From NCBI GenBank assembly GCA_003647275.1, contig QMMN01000008.1:1675-65674 (forward strand): a stretch of 64,000 nt of DNA. Direction: 5' to 3'. The DNA is from Deltaproteobacteria bacterium (GTDB lineage: Bacteria > Desulfobacterota > Desulfobacteria > Desulfobacterales > C00003060). Of this stretch, positions 20,427 to 30,614 are shown piece after piece. The number at the start of each line of letters is the position of its first letter. Positions within the stretch are counted from its first letter, which is position 1. The notes under the pieces were generated by a model. It made no database searches. It saw only the letters and a list, made by a program, of their open reading frames with translations, and was not told the origin of the DNA. Made by a program: the position numbers and the translations under genes.

Positions 20427-21965
20427 ATGTCGAAAGAATTAATCATCAACGCGACTGACCACGAAACGCGGGTTGCCTTTGTAGAAAACGGCAATCCCCA
20501 GGAGCTGTTCATCGAAAGACCCAAGGAGTCCGACATTGCGGGCAACATTTACAAAGGACGCGTGCTGCGGGTCCTTCCCGGGATGCAGGCAGCCTTTGTT
20601 GACATTGGCTTAAATCAGGCTGCTTTTATTTATGTAGACGACGTATTCAACAACTATCATGAGTTTGAGGGCCTTATGCGGTCCTCCCATGAAGAGGATG
20701 AAAACGATTTGGCCGAACTGGACACTGATGAACGACCCCTTTCCCTGGATCAAAACTTCATGATCGAAGAGCTCCTTCATGAAGGACAGGAGGTTATGGT
20801 ACAGGTCTCCAAGGCCCCTATTGGGGGCAAAGGGGCCAGGATCACATCTCGCATATCACTGCCGGGTCGTTTTCTGGTCCTCATGCCTACCACAGATCAT
20901 ATTGGGGTTTCACGGCGCATTGAAGATGAAAATGAGCGGAAGCGCCTCAGAGAAACCCTCGCAGCTCTTCGGCCGGATAATTACGGCCTCATTGCGAGGA
21001 CGGTCAGTGAAGGGGTAAGTTCGGAAAAGCTTGCCAATGAAATGAATTTTCTTGTGTCTCTGTGGCAGGAGATCCAGAAGAAAAATAGCACTGCATCGGT
21101 GCCGAAGTTGTTGCACCAAGAACTCAATGTGACCCTCCGTGCGGTTCGGGATCTCTTTACCCAGGAAGTAGACAAGCTGGTGATTGATTCCAGGGCTGGA
21201 TACGAGCAAATCTTACAGTTTCTGGATACGTTCATGCCAAGGCTTAAAGATTCTGTTGAGCTTTACGAGGACAATGAGCCGATTTTTGACGCTTACAATC
21301 TGGAATCAGAGATCTCCCGCGCTCTCAAAAAAAAGGTCTGGCTCAAATCCGGCGGATATATCGTCATTGAGCATACCGAAGCCTTTGTTGCCATTGATGT
21401 GAACACCGGGCGGTTTGTGGGCAAGCGGAACCTGGAAGAGACGATCCTAAAAACGAACCTGGAGGCCGTCAAGGAGATCGCTTACCAAATCAGACTTCGA
21501 GATATCGGGGGTCTGATTATTATTGATTTTATTGATATGGAGAAGAAGTCGAACCGCGAAAGGGTCTTTAATGCCTTACAAGATGCCCTAAAAAAAGATC
21601 GGAGTAAGACAAACGTCCTCCCGATGTCAGATCTGGGACTGATTGAGATGACCCGAAAGCGGACCCGCGAAACCCTCAATCGTATGCTTTGTGAACCATG
21701 TTTTTACTGTGAAGGGGAAGGATATCTCAAGTCCAAGCGAACGATTTGTTATAATATCTTTCGAGACCTGCGTCGAGAGGCGGGTGAGATGATGGCTCCG
21801 GGTATCACGTTAAAGGTACACCCAGAGGTTGCCGAGATGCTGTTGGGGGAAGAGCGGGATGTGGTGGAATCTTTGGAAAGGTCGTTGAGCAAGCAAATCA
21901 TGATTCGTCCTGACCCGGAATTTCATCTTGAGCAGTACGAGATGTATGAAATACACAAGAATTAA
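20427..21965 (+). CDS. rng: ribonuclease G (RNase E/G family)
   Basis: S1-like N-terminus (GNIYKGRVLRVLPGMQAAFVDIG) and catalytic core (AIDVNTG, IIIDFIDM). Confidence 0.9.
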   Translation: MSKELIINATDHETRVAFVENGNPQELFIERPKESDIAGNIYKGRVLRVLPGMQAAFVDIGLNQAAFIYVDDVFNNYHEFEGLMRSSHEEDENDLAELDTDERPLSLDQNFMIEELLHEGQEVMVQVSKAPIGGKGARITSRISLPGRFLVLMPTTDHIGVSRRIEDENERKRLRETLAALRPDNYGLIARTVSEGVSSEKLANEMNFLVSLWQEIQKKNSTASVPKLLHQELNVTLRAVRDLFTQEVDKLVIDSRAGYEQILQFLDTFMPRLKDSVELYEDNEPIFDAYNLESEISRALKKKVWLKSGGYIVIEHTEAFVAIDVNTGRFVGKRNLEETILKTNLEAVKEIAYQIRLRDIGGLIIIDFIDMEKKSNRERVFNALQDALKKDRSKTNVLPMSDLGLIEMTRKRTRETLNRMLCEPCFYCEGEGYLKSKRTICYNIFRDLRREAGEMMAPGITLKVHPEVAEMLLGEERDVVESLERSLSKQIMIRPDPEFHLEQYEMYEIHKN

Positions 21966-21966
21966 C

Positions 21967-21994
21967 TTGACAATATTAAGTATATTGGTAAAAT
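21967..21994 (+). promoter_or_regulatory. sigma70-like promoter for rplU-rpmA
   Basis: TTGACA (21967-21972), 16 nt spacer, TAAAAT (21989-21994). Lies about 105 nt upstream of rplU. Confidence 0.45.
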
Positions 21995-22099
21995 AAATAT
22001 TTTCCCTTTATGAATTAAATGAATCTAAAAATCGGCTTAAATCTCTTATTTACAAAGGTTTAGGCAATTTGGATATTATAAGATAGGAAGGTTGTCATC

Positions 22100-22414
22100 A
22101 TGTACGCTGTGATATCTACTGGTGGAAAACAGTATCAGGTCTCTGAAGGGCAAACCATAAGGGTTGAAAAGATCTCGGGTGAGGTGGGTGCGCCCGTCTC
22201 ATTTGATCGTGTGCTTATGTTTTCTGATGGCGAGAACGTGAAGGTGGGCCAACCGACATTGCCTAATGTGACCGTAACCGGCCATATTGTAGAGCAAGGG
22301 AAGGCCAAAAAGATCCTTGTTTTTAAATTTAAACGGCGGAAACGTTATCGAAGGAAACGCGGCCATCGGCAGCAATATACGGCACTTAAGATTGATACCA
22401 TCAAGGCAGCATAG
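22100..22414 (+). CDS. rplU: 50S ribosomal protein L21
   Basis: [18 protein letters not shown]. 104 aa. Confidence 0.97.
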   Translation: MYAVISTGGKQYQVSEGQTIRVEKISGEVGAPVSFDRVLMFSDGENVKVGQPTLPNVTVTGHIVEQGKAKKILVFKFKRRKRYRRKRGHRQQYTALKIDTIKAA

Positions 22415-22440
22415 AGCAGCTTTTAAGGAGTAACAAAGCC

Positions 22441-22701
22441 ATGGCACACAAGAAAGCAGGTGGGAGTTCACGAAACGGCCGCGACAGCGTCGGCCAGCGG
22501 CGTGGTATCAAGCGTTTTGGCGGGCAAAAGGTCTCAGCAGGCAATATCCTGGTGCGACAGTTGGGAACCAAGGTGCATCCGGGGAAAAACGTTGGCGTGG
22601 GAAAGGATTACACCCTTTTTGCCAAAATTGACGGTATTGTCACCTTTGAACGAATGGGGCGGACCCGGAAGAGAGTCAGCGTCTATCCCCTGTCTGCATA
22701 A
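22441..22701 (+). CDS. rpmA: 50S ribosomal protein L27
   Basis: [16 protein letters not shown]. 86 aa. Confidence 0.97.
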   Translation: MAHKKAGGSSRNGRDSVGQRRGIKRFGGQKVSAGNILVRQLGTKVHPGKNVGVGKDYTLFAKIDGIVTFERMGRTRKRVSVYPLSA

Positions 22702-22918
22702 AGTCGCGAATTCAGATATCTCCCGTCACGGGAGGGTCCTCTCATCCCTTACAGAGCCCAAAGGCACAAAGTTGTTGATTTGAATCTCTGTTTGCCTTTT
22801 CCTCCTTGTGGGGGCAACGGAAGCTGCATAACCTCGAGATGCGTGAAATGAGTTCGAAGCTTTCTTGGTGCTCCAGCCACAGGAGGGAGCGCACAAGAGA
22901 CGCTGGTGATCAGATGCA

Positions 22919-23971
22919 ATGAAGTTTATTGATGAAGCCCTGATCACTGTCCAGTCTGGGGATGGCGGCAATGGTTGTGTGAGTTTTAGGCGAGAAAAAT
23001 ACGTGCCCAAGGGCGGACCAGACGGTGGTGACGGTGGGAGGGGGGGGGATGTTGTTTTCCAAACCACGTCCCGAATGCACACCCTTTACAGCTTCCAGTT
23101 TAAGAGACACTTCAAGGCCCAAAGAGGCGGCCATGGACGAGGGAAAAATCAGGCCGGAAAAAGCGGCAAGGACCTGATCATCTTTATTCCTCCTGGCACC
23201 CTGATTCGGGAAGCCCAAACAGGCCGGATACTTAAGGACTTTGCATGTAGCGGCGAATCCTTTGTGGCGGTTCGTGGCGGTCGTGGTGGCCAGGGGAATC
23301 AACGTTTTGCATCCTCAAGGAATCCAGCGCCCCGATATGCCCAAAAAGGTGAACCCGGCCAGATCCTTTCTTTGAAACTGGAGCTAAAACTCCTGGCTGA
23401 TGTGGGCATCATAGGGCTGCCTAATGCCGGCAAATCGACTTTGGTTTCCAACCTGTCATCAGCCCGTCCTAAGATCGCTGATTACCCTTTTACAACCTTG
23501 ATACCGACCCTTGGCGTGGTTAAGCCCCGGGAGCACGACCCATTTGTTATTGCTGATATCCCCGGCCTGATTGAAGGTGCTCACCGTGGGGTGGGTCTTG
23601 GAATCAGATTTCTCAAACACGTGGAAAGAAGTCGATTTTTAATTCACCTGATTGATCTTGCTGCCCTTCCATCGAAAGACCCGCTGGGACCGTATCACAC
23701 GGTCAATCGGGAACTACGGCTATTCAGCCCATCCCTTGGAGAAAAAAAACAGGTTATTGTATTAAATAAGGTGGACAAACCCGGTGCCCGAGCTGTGGCA
23801 GAGAAGATTCGCAGCGCCCTTGAGCCGTTGAATCCCGACATATGGGTTATTTCAGCCCTTACCGGTGAAGGCTTAGGGCGATTAAAGGTCCATTTGGCCC
23901 GGCTGGTTGAGAAGACTAGGCAGGCCAACGATAATCCAATGGAGAAAACCCGGGGTCACACATGGCTGTGA
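22919..23971 (+). CDS. obg: GTPase Obg/CgtA
   Basis: MKFIDEA...GDGGNGCVSFRREKY, a Gly-rich Obg fold, and the G1 motif GLPNAGKST. Confidence 0.95.
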   Translation: MKFIDEALITVQSGDGGNGCVSFRREKYVPKGGPDGGDGGRGGDVVFQTTSRMHTLYSFQFKRHFKAQRGGHGRGKNQAGKSGKDLIIFIPPGTLIREAQTGRILKDFACSGESFVAVRGGRGGQGNQRFASSRNPAPRYAQKGEPGQILSLKLELKLLADVGIIGLPNAGKSTLVSNLSSARPKIADYPFTTLIPTLGVVKPREHDPFVIADIPGLIEGAHRGVGLGIRFLKHVERSRFLIHLIDLAALPSKDPLGPYHTVNRELRLFSPSLGEKKQVIVLNKVDKPGARAVAEKIRSALEPLNPDIWVISALTGEGLGRLKVHLARLVEKTRQANDNPMEKTRGHTWL

Positions 23972-25137
23972 GGCAGGAGCGTATTCAGATTCGAAAAAAC
24001 CTATTTAACCATGTCAGGCGGGCTGTCGTCAAGGTTGGCAGCGGGGTACTCACCCATGATCAGGACCTCAATACCAAGGTGATAAGACGCCTGGCCCGGG
24101 AGATCTCTATGCTGATGGACCAGGGTCGTCAGGTGATCCTGGTCAGTTCCGGGGCCATTGCTTCCGGGATGAAAAAGGTGGGTATGGCTGAAAGGCCTTC
24201 TGATATCCCTCACAAGCAGGCGGTTGCGGCTATAGGACAGTCCCGGCTCATGTTAGAGTATGAGAAGTCCTTTGGTCGTTATGAAAAAAAGGTGGCTCAA
24301 ATCCTGTTGACCAGGGATGACCTTTGCAACCGGAGGCGTTATCTGAATGCCCGAAACACCTTACACGTTTTGCTGGATTGGAAGATTCTCCCTATTGTTA
24401 ATGAAAATGATACAGTGGTCGTGGATGAACTCAAGTTCGGAGACAATGACAACCTGTCGGCCATGATGACCCATTTGATGGATGCACAGGTACTGATCAA
24501 TCTGACTGATATTGATGGCCTTTACGACAAGGACCCGCGGGTCCACAAAGATGCCTTGCTGATACCGCTGGTGTCCAATATCGACCGTGCCATGGAAAAG
24601 GCGGCCCGTGATATCCCGGGGGCCCTGGGCACGGGTGGGATGTCAAGCAAGATTCAGGCAGCCAAGAAGGTCACTACGAGCGGGATTCCTATGGTCATTG
24701 CAAACGGCCTTAAACCGAACATCCTGAAAAGTCTGTTTGAGGGACGGGATGTGGGGACCCTTTTTCTCCAAAGAAGGGAAAAGATGCGAAGCCGGAAGTC
24801 CTGGATTGCCTTTACCCTGAAAGCAAGAGGTACTATCAAGGTCGACAGGGGAGCGGCTAAGGCCATCTGCGAACAGGGCAGGAGTTTGCTCCCGATTGGC
24901 ATTCTGGATGTTGAGGGTGACTTTGGCGTGGGAGCCCCGGTCATTTGCATAGACCCGAACGGGGCCCCTTTTGCCAGGGGGATTGTCAACTATAAGGCCT
25001 CTGACATCAGAAAGCTCATGGGCCTTAAGACCAGCCAGATCGAACAACGATTGGGATATAAACACTATGATGAGGTCATTCACAGAAACAACTTAGTTCT
25101 CACGGTAGACGACAAGGAGGGACCCGTATGTCAATAG
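23962..25137 (+). CDS. proB: glutamate 5-kinase (with C-terminal PUA domain)
   Basis: [10 protein letters not shown]...VSSGAIA...ENDTVV...FGDNDNLSA. Overlaps the obg stop. Confidence 0.93.
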   Translation: MAVRQERIQIRKNLFNHVRRAVVKVGSGVLTHDQDLNTKVIRRLAREISMLMDQGRQVILVSSGAIASGMKKVGMAERPSDIPHKQAVAAIGQSRLMLEYEKSFGRYEKKVAQILLTRDDLCNRRRYLNARNTLHVLLDWKILPIVNENDTVVVDELKFGDNDNLSAMMTHLMDAQVLINLTDIDGLYDKDPRVHKDALLIPLVSNIDRAMEKAARDIPGALGTGGMSSKIQAAKKVTTSGIPMVIANGLKPNILKSLFEGRDVGTLFLQRREKMRSRKSWIAFTLKARGTIKVDRGAAKAICEQGRSLLPIGILDVEGDFGVGAPVICIDPNGAPFARGIVNYKASDIRKLMGLKTSQIEQRLGYKHYDEVIHRNNLVLTVDDKEGPVCQ

Positions 25138-26384
25138 AAAAGACCATCACGGACATGACACGGCGTGCAAAAGAGGCCGCCAAGGTGGTGGCCCGGCTGG
25201 GTACGCAAAAAAAAGACGAGGCCTTAGAACGCATTGCCCAAAAGCTCCTTGACGAGGCCGCCACGATCAAGCGGGAAAACGAAAAGGATCTTGAATATGC
25301 CAGAGAAAAAGGGCTTTCAGAGGCCATGATCGACCGACTCACGGTGAGCGATGCGGTCATCGAGTCGATGGCAAACGGCCTGCGCGACGTGGTAAAGCTT
25401 CCTGACCCGGTCGGGCGGGTGACAGGCATGTGGGTGCGCCCCAATGGCCTCCAAGTCGGTCGAGTGCGCATACCCCTTGGCGTTATCGGAATGATCTATG
25501 AGTCGAGACCGAATGCCACCATCGATGCTGCTGGGCTTTGCTTGAAGGCCGGCAATGCGGTGATCCTGCGTGGTGGATCAGAGGCCTTTAACTCAAATAC
25601 CATTCTGGCCGAGATCATCCAGGGGGCGCTTCGGGAAACGGGCTTACCCGAAGCAGCTGCCCAGGTGGTCCCAGTACGCGATAGGATCGCCGTGAACGTG
25701 TTACTTGCCCAAGAGGAATATGTGGATCTGATCATCCCGAGGGGGGGGGAGGGGCTGATCCGTTTTGTGGTTGAAAATTCCAAGATTCCGGTCCTCAAGC
25801 ATTATAAAGGGGTCTGCCACGTTTATGTGGATGAGCGCGCAGACCTTGGTATGGCCGAAAAGATTTCGTACAACGCCAAGGTGCAGCGGCCAGGTGTTTG
25901 CAATGCCATGGAGACCCTGCTGGTGCATGAGGCCGTAGCAGCATCATTTCTCCCGCCTATGGCCAAGCGTTTCAAGGAAGCAGGCGTGGAGCTGCGGGGG
26001 TGTCCTAAGACCTGTCAGATTGTGTCGGAGGCCAAGAAAGCCACTGAGGAGGATTGGGCCATGGAGTATCTGGACTTGATCCTTGCCGTCAAGGTGGTCG
26101 CCTCTATGGAAGAGGCCACGAGCCATATTGCGCGATACGGTTCCGCCCACACCGAGGCGATTGTGACATCAGACTATACCCGGGCCCGGCGGTTCCTCCA
26201 TGAGGTGGATGCTTCCGTGGTCCTGGTGAATGCATCCACGCGGTTCAATGATGGGGGCGAACTCGGTTTGGGCGCTGAGATCGGGATCAGTACTTCCAAA
26301 CTCCATGCTTATGGGCCGATGGGATTGGAAGAGTTGACAACCACCAAGTTTGTGGTTTTTGGAGACGGGCAGGTCAGAACTTAA
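25128..26384 (+). CDS. proA: glutamate-5-semialdehyde dehydrogenase
   Basis: ALDH-family layout, IYESRPNAT, and catalytic [10 protein letters not shown]. Overlaps the proB stop. Confidence 0.93.
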   Translation: MSIEKTITDMTRRAKEAAKVVARLGTQKKDEALERIAQKLLDEAATIKRENEKDLEYAREKGLSEAMIDRLTVSDAVIESMANGLRDVVKLPDPVGRVTGMWVRPNGLQVGRVRIPLGVIGMIYESRPNATIDAAGLCLKAGNAVILRGGSEAFNSNTILAEIIQGALRETGLPEAAAQVVPVRDRIAVNVLLAQEEYVDLIIPRGGEGLIRFVVENSKIPVLKHYKGVCHVYVDERADLGMAEKISYNAKVQRPGVCNAMETLLVHEAVAASFLPPMAKRFKEAGVELRGCPKTCQIVSEAKKATEEDWAMEYLDLILAVKVVASMEEATSHIARYGSAHTEAIVTSDYTRARRFLHEVDASVVLVNASTRFNDGGELGLGAEIGISTSKLHAYGPMGLEELTTTKFVVFGDGQVRT

Positions 26385-26385
26385 C

Positions 26386-26405
26386 GGGCTGTTGCCCAAA
26401 CAGCC
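26386..26405 (+). repeat. R2 motif hairpin GGGCTGTTGCCCAAACAGCC immediately after the proA stop
   Basis: Stem GGCTGT/ACAGCC with loop TGCCCAA. The same GGCTGTTGCCCAAAC string occurs at 11514-11532 and 13748-13762, and inverted at 13969-13985. Confidence 0.65.
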
Positions 26406-26494
26406 GTCCACCTGGCATGAGGCTGACAAACACCAAAAGAGGGTTGAAGCTTCAATTGTCGTGATTTGGACAAGAGCTTGATAAAGGGGTATTT

Positions 26495-27139
26495 GTGCGA
26501 TTAGGCCTTTTTGGCGGTACCTTCAATCCAATCCACTTTGGCCATCTCAGGGCCGCGGTAGAAGTCCGGGATGCGTTCAACCTGGACAGGCTCTTGTTGA
26601 TCCCATCTGCTCACCCCCCTCATAAAAGGGCCGACCATGTGGCCAATGCTGAGGACCGACTTGAAATGGTCCGCCTGGCCATCCAGGGGGAGCCCTCCCT
26701 CGAGGCCTCTGATCTGGAACTGGCTCGGCCTGGCCCGTCATATACGATCGAGACCTTACAATACTTCCAGACCCAGTTCGATCGTGAAAGTGACATCCAT
26801 TTTATCGTCGGCCAGGATGCCTTTTCAGAAATCACCACATGGAAGTCGTACCAGGCACTTTTTGTCACTGCCCATTTTATTGTGATGGCCCGACCTGGCG
26901 CCAAGCTGCGCAGCTTAGAGGATTTTATCCACACCCAAATATCTGAAGCGTATCAATACGATTCCACATCCGACCGATACAGCCATCCCCAATGGTGCAC
27001 CATCTTTTGTCTCAATATTACTCATCTGGATATTTCGGCAACCAAGATACGAGAATTGATCAGACAGGGCCGCTCCATCCGTTTCCTCGTCCCAGACGTG
27101 GTTCGGGACTTTATTGACAAAAAGGGACTCTACCGATGA
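26495..27139 (+). CDS. nadD: nicotinate-nucleotide adenylyltransferase
   Basis: GTG start. GLFGGTFNPIHFGH nucleotidyltransferase motif and ISATKIR near the C-terminus. Confidence 0.9.
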   Translation: MRLGLFGGTFNPIHFGHLRAAVEVRDAFNLDRLLLIPSAHPPHKRADHVANAEDRLEMVRLAIQGEPSLEASDLELARPGPSYTIETLQYFQTQFDRESDIHFIVGQDAFSEITTWKSYQALFVTAHFIVMARPGAKLRSLEDFIHTQISEAYQYDSTSDRYSHPQWCTIFCLNITHLDISATKIRELIRQGRSIRFLVPDVVRDFIDKKGLYR

Positions 27140-27501
27140 CGCAACCATATGAGCTAACCCTTGACCCTTATGTGGATGCTGTGCTTGCCATGAAGGCCTT
27201 TGATGTGACTGTACTGGACGTGCGTGGATTGGCCTCCTTTGCAGACGCCTTTATCATATGCAGCGGCCGGTCCCACCGACAGGTGTCGGCCATTGCCGAA
27301 TTCATTGAACATCGCTTAAAGAAACAAGGGATCAAACCTCTGGGTGTAGAGGGCCTCCGGGAAGGACACTGGGTCCTTATGGACTATGGGGATGTGGTCA
27401 TTCACGTCTTTTACGAGCCTATACGAACCTTCTATGACCTCGAAGGCCTGTGGTCAGACGCCAAACGAATACAACCAAGTGAGCTAAAATGCCTAAAATG
27501 A
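27136..27501 (+). CDS. rsfS: ribosome silencing factor RsfS
   Basis: 121 aa with FADAFIICSGRSHRQVSAIAE...DYGDVVIHVF. 4-nt overlap with nadD. Confidence 0.9.
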   Translation: MTQPYELTLDPYVDAVLAMKAFDVTVLDVRGLASFADAFIICSGRSHRQVSAIAEFIEHRLKKQGIKPLGVEGLREGHWVLMDYGDVVIHVFYEPIRTFYDLEGLWSDAKRIQPSELKCLK

Positions 27502-27582
27502 GCTAAAATGCTCAGAAGTTATTTAATGGTCCTTTTTCTGTTCCATAGCTTTAGCTCACTTTAGACACCTTAGACACTTGTT

Positions 27583-29271
27583 ATGAAAGAACTTACTCGT
27601 CAACCCCCTGAAAAACAGCAGATTCTTCCGAGTCTCAGCCCTAAAGAACTCTTGAGGCTCCCAGGTAAAAAGGCCCTTGAGCTGATTCTTGAATCGCCCA
27701 GACCTGTCACGCTGGTACAATCACTGGCCGATGAGGATCTGTTCTGGCTTGTCCAGGAGGTTGGTCCTGAGGACGCCCTTCCGATCCTGTCCTTTGCCTC
27801 CAATGATCAGTGGCAGTATCTTTTGGACCTGGAGCTGTGGGCCAAGGACCGTTTGGAAATCGATTCAGTCAATCGCTGGCTGGGCTTTTTGCTCAAGGCA
27901 GACCCTGAGAGGTTTCTAATTTGGGGACTGCGCGAGCACATCGAGCTTATAGAGCTTCATCTTTTCAAAAACATTGAGGTCAGAATAAAGAAAGAAGATG
28001 AATCGCTCTCCGATTTTGATGAGAGCTTCTTTACACTGGACGGTGTCTTTTTCATTCGCATCCTCCACGAAAAATATCATGAGACCATAAGGCAGTTTCT
28101 TGATCGTCTTGCAGAGCATGACCTCAATCAATTCCACAAGGTGTTGCTGGAATTGGCCGCGGTCCTGCCAGCAGAAGTAGAAGAGAATATATATCGACTC
28201 AGAAATGTTCGGTTGGCTGAAAAGGGTTTCCTCCCCTTTGAAGAAGCTGTCGGGATCTATCAGTACTTGAATCCACAAAGCCTTCTTGAAAAGGAGCCTC
28301 AGCTTCGCAAGGTCACACATGAGCAACAGCCCCCTAAGCCTGTACCCGTCTCCACATCACTGCTTATCCAGGATCAGGACCTTTTTTACATGTCTCTGAA
28401 GCGCATAGAAGACGGCCACATTCTGGAACGACTTCAGATGGAATTTGCTGCAATGTGTAACCAGATTATTTCCGCAGATGGCTTTGTCGTTCGTGATAAA
28501 GATGGCTTGACTGGTGTGGTAAGAAAGGCTTGTGGATATTTGAGCGCCGGACTCGAAAAAATGACTGGCGGAGACCCGCAAAAGGCCACTGGCTTACTTA
28601 AAAGGTTCCCTTTACACCAGATCTTCCGTGTCGGTTACGGGGCGGCGCTGGAACTAAAATGGAGAGCGGAAAAATGGCTAAGAGGAAGCTGGTTTGCCGG
28701 CCACGGATTTGGACTGTCCTTTTGGGACGATAACTGGGCTGGGATACTGGAAGGACTCTTCAAGAAACGGCCTGTATTTTACACTGGCTTTTCAGAGGTT
28801 GAACCCTATCGAGAGTTTAAATCTTTAGAAGACATCACATATTGCGACAAGGTCCTCGATCAGGTCATAAGCATAGACCATCTGCTGTCCCTGGTCTTTG
28901 CCCGGCCTCCGGGTGTTCACCCCATTCGCTCATACCAACCAGTGACCTATAAGAATCTCTTCTTAACGTGCTGGGCTGGGCACCACCTGGGTCTACCAGA
29001 AGAAACAAGGAGCATTGCAGCCGAAGACTTGAGGACCTTTTTTGCAGATCTTTGGATGAAAGAGGCAAGGCCGTATCGGGTGGACATAAGAATGAAACAG
29101 GCATTTTTGGACTGGCTTCAAATACGATCTGAACGCCCCATCTCTGAAATTTTGGGGCGACTGGGCAAAACCCTTGACCACCTTTTTGAGGAGCTTGAAA
29201 GGGAATATGGACGGGTATCTTTGGAGGATCTCGACCCGAGATACATCAAGCATTTTTTGGTTACACCCTGA
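27583..29271 (+). CDS. conserved hypothetical protein (562 aa; possibly a DUF6178-type family)
   Basis: Long clean ORF, acidic and helical. No catalytic motif recognised. The family name comes from memory only. Confidence 0.6.
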   Translation: MKELTRQPPEKQQILPSLSPKELLRLPGKKALELILESPRPVTLVQSLADEDLFWLVQEVGPEDALPILSFASNDQWQYLLDLELWAKDRLEIDSVNRWLGFLLKADPERFLIWGLREHIELIELHLFKNIEVRIKKEDESLSDFDESFFTLDGVFFIRILHEKYHETIRQFLDRLAEHDLNQFHKVLLELAAVLPAEVEENIYRLRNVRLAEKGFLPFEEAVGIYQYLNPQSLLEKEPQLRKVTHEQQPPKPVPVSTSLLIQDQDLFYMSLKRIEDGHILERLQMEFAAMCNQIISADGFVVRDKDGLTGVVRKACGYLSAGLEKMTGGDPQKATGLLKRFPLHQIFRVGYGAALELKWRAEKWLRGSWFAGHGFGLSFWDDNWAGILEGLFKKRPVFYTGFSEVEPYREFKSLEDITYCDKVLDQVISIDHLLSLVFARPPGVHPIRSYQPVTYKNLFLTCWAGHHLGLPEETRSIAAEDLRTFFADLWMKEARPYRVDIRMKQAFLDWLQIRSERPISEILGRLGKTLDHLFEELEREYGRVSLEDLDPRYIKHFLVTP

Positions 29272-29436
29272 GCTAAGGGGGAACGAATTGACAATTCTCA
29301 GGCCTTTAATGTAAAAAAGGTCTTTATGCTTATGGCATTTTTGTATGAACAGGTTTCAACAAGGGTCCAATGACGGCATGTGCTAAGGTGCCTAACATGG
29401 CCATTCATCTTATACATTGAACGACTTCGGAAGAAG

Positions 29437-29751
29437 ATGCAGAAAATACCCGTCAATCTTGCCAAGCCTGGGATGAAACTTGCAAAGCCGGTTGCCAACG
29501 ATAGAGGAATCGTCCTGTGTGGCACAGGGGCTGAACTGACTGAGGAAATGATCACCCGCCTTTCTGATATGGGGGTCAAGCGGATCACGGTTGAGGGGCA
29601 CCCAGTGGATACGGGCGATCCAGAGAAAACCCTTAGTCAACAGATACGTGAGCTTGACGCCCGTTTCAAGAAGGTGGAAGGGGACCCACTCATGGGAAGG
29701 ATTAAGGATATCTTTTTAGAGCGGCTGAAGGAAAGGGCAAAAGAGGCATGA
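29437..29751 (+). CDS. small protein resembling the N-terminal (DUF3391-like) module of HD-GYP proteins
   Basis: MQKIPVNLAKPGMKLAKPVANDRGIVLCGTGAELTEEMITRL. ATG at 29437. 4-nt overlap with the downstream HDOD gene. Confidence 0.55.
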   Translation: MQKIPVNLAKPGMKLAKPVANDRGIVLCGTGAELTEEMITRLSDMGVKRITVEGHPVDTGDPEKTLSQQIRELDARFKKVEGDPLMGRIKDIFLERLKERAKEA

Positions 29752-30614
29752 CACTCGACCAGGAGAATATTAGGAAACGGGTCGAGGCAATGAAAGGTGT
29801 GCCGACCCTACCGGGTATTTTTGAAAAGATCACCCGGTTGATAGACAGTTCAGAGACGGCTGCTGCTGATATTGCAAATATCATCTCCTCTGACCAGGCC
29901 CTCTCCGCCAAGGTCCTGCGACTTGTTAATTCTGCGTTTTATGGGTTCCCTGGTCGCATCTCAAATGTGACACATGCCCTGATTATCCTTGGATTCGACG
30001 TGGTTAAGGGGATTGTCCTGAGCACTTCTGTCTTCGACGTAATGCTTGCAGAAGGGTTATTTGGCCTCTGGGAGCACTCACTCGGGTGCGCCGTGACCGC
30101 CGGGGTCATTGCCAGAAAAATAGAACACCCCGACCCGGAAGAAGTCTCCGTTGCCGGGCTCTTGCATGATCTCGGGAAGGTTATCATAAAGATAGAGCTT
30201 CCGGACGAATCATCACGCATAGAGGAGACGGTCGAAAAAAAACAGATTTCAATATACGAGGCAGAGGGTGACATCCTGGGATTCAGCCATGCCACGGTCG
30301 GGGAATGGCTCAGTAAAAAATGGAATCTACCGCACACACTTTCTGATCCAATTGCCTACCATCACACCCCGGGACGTGCGAGGTTAGCTCCAAAGCAAAC
30401 CGCAGTTGTCCATCTTGCTAATGTCCTTATCCGCGCTAGAGGTTTTGGCGTTGGAGGGGACAACCTTGTGCCTCAAATAGACCCAAAGGCATGGGAGACA
30501 CTGCATATTTCTAATGCCCTTCTAGAAGAGATTATCAACGAAATGGACGATAAATTGGAGGATGCCGAAGATCTTCTCTGCGACAATGGCATGGGCAACG
30601 GCATTAAGGTATGA
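29748..30614 (+). CDS. HDOD domain-containing signalling protein
   Basis: AADIANIISSDQALSAKVLRLVNSAFYGFPGRISNVTHALIILGF and LLHDLGK are HDOD hallmarks. Confidence 0.85.
   Translation: MTLDQENIRKRVEAMKGVPTLPGIFEKITRLIDSSETAAADIANIISSDQALSAKVLRLVNSAFYGFPGRISNVTHALIILGFDVVKGIVLSTSVFDVMLAEGLFGLWEHSLGCAVTAGVIARKIEHPDPEEVSVAGLLHDLGKVIIKIELPDESSRIEETVEKKQISIYEAEGDILGFSHATVGEWLSKKWNLPHTLSDPIAYHHTPGRARLAPKQTAVVHLANVLIRARGFGVGGDNLVPQIDPKAWETLHISNALLEEIINEMDDKLEDAEDLLCDNGMGNGIKV

Noticed and set aside
23040-23048. G9 homopolymer inside obg, with a second G9 at 25741-25749 inside proA
   Set aside because: I considered slipped-strand phase-variation tracts. Both encode in-frame Gly/Arg runs in conserved Gly-rich segments of essential genes (GGRGGD and PRGGEG). 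They are coding constraints, and at most sequencing-error hotspots.
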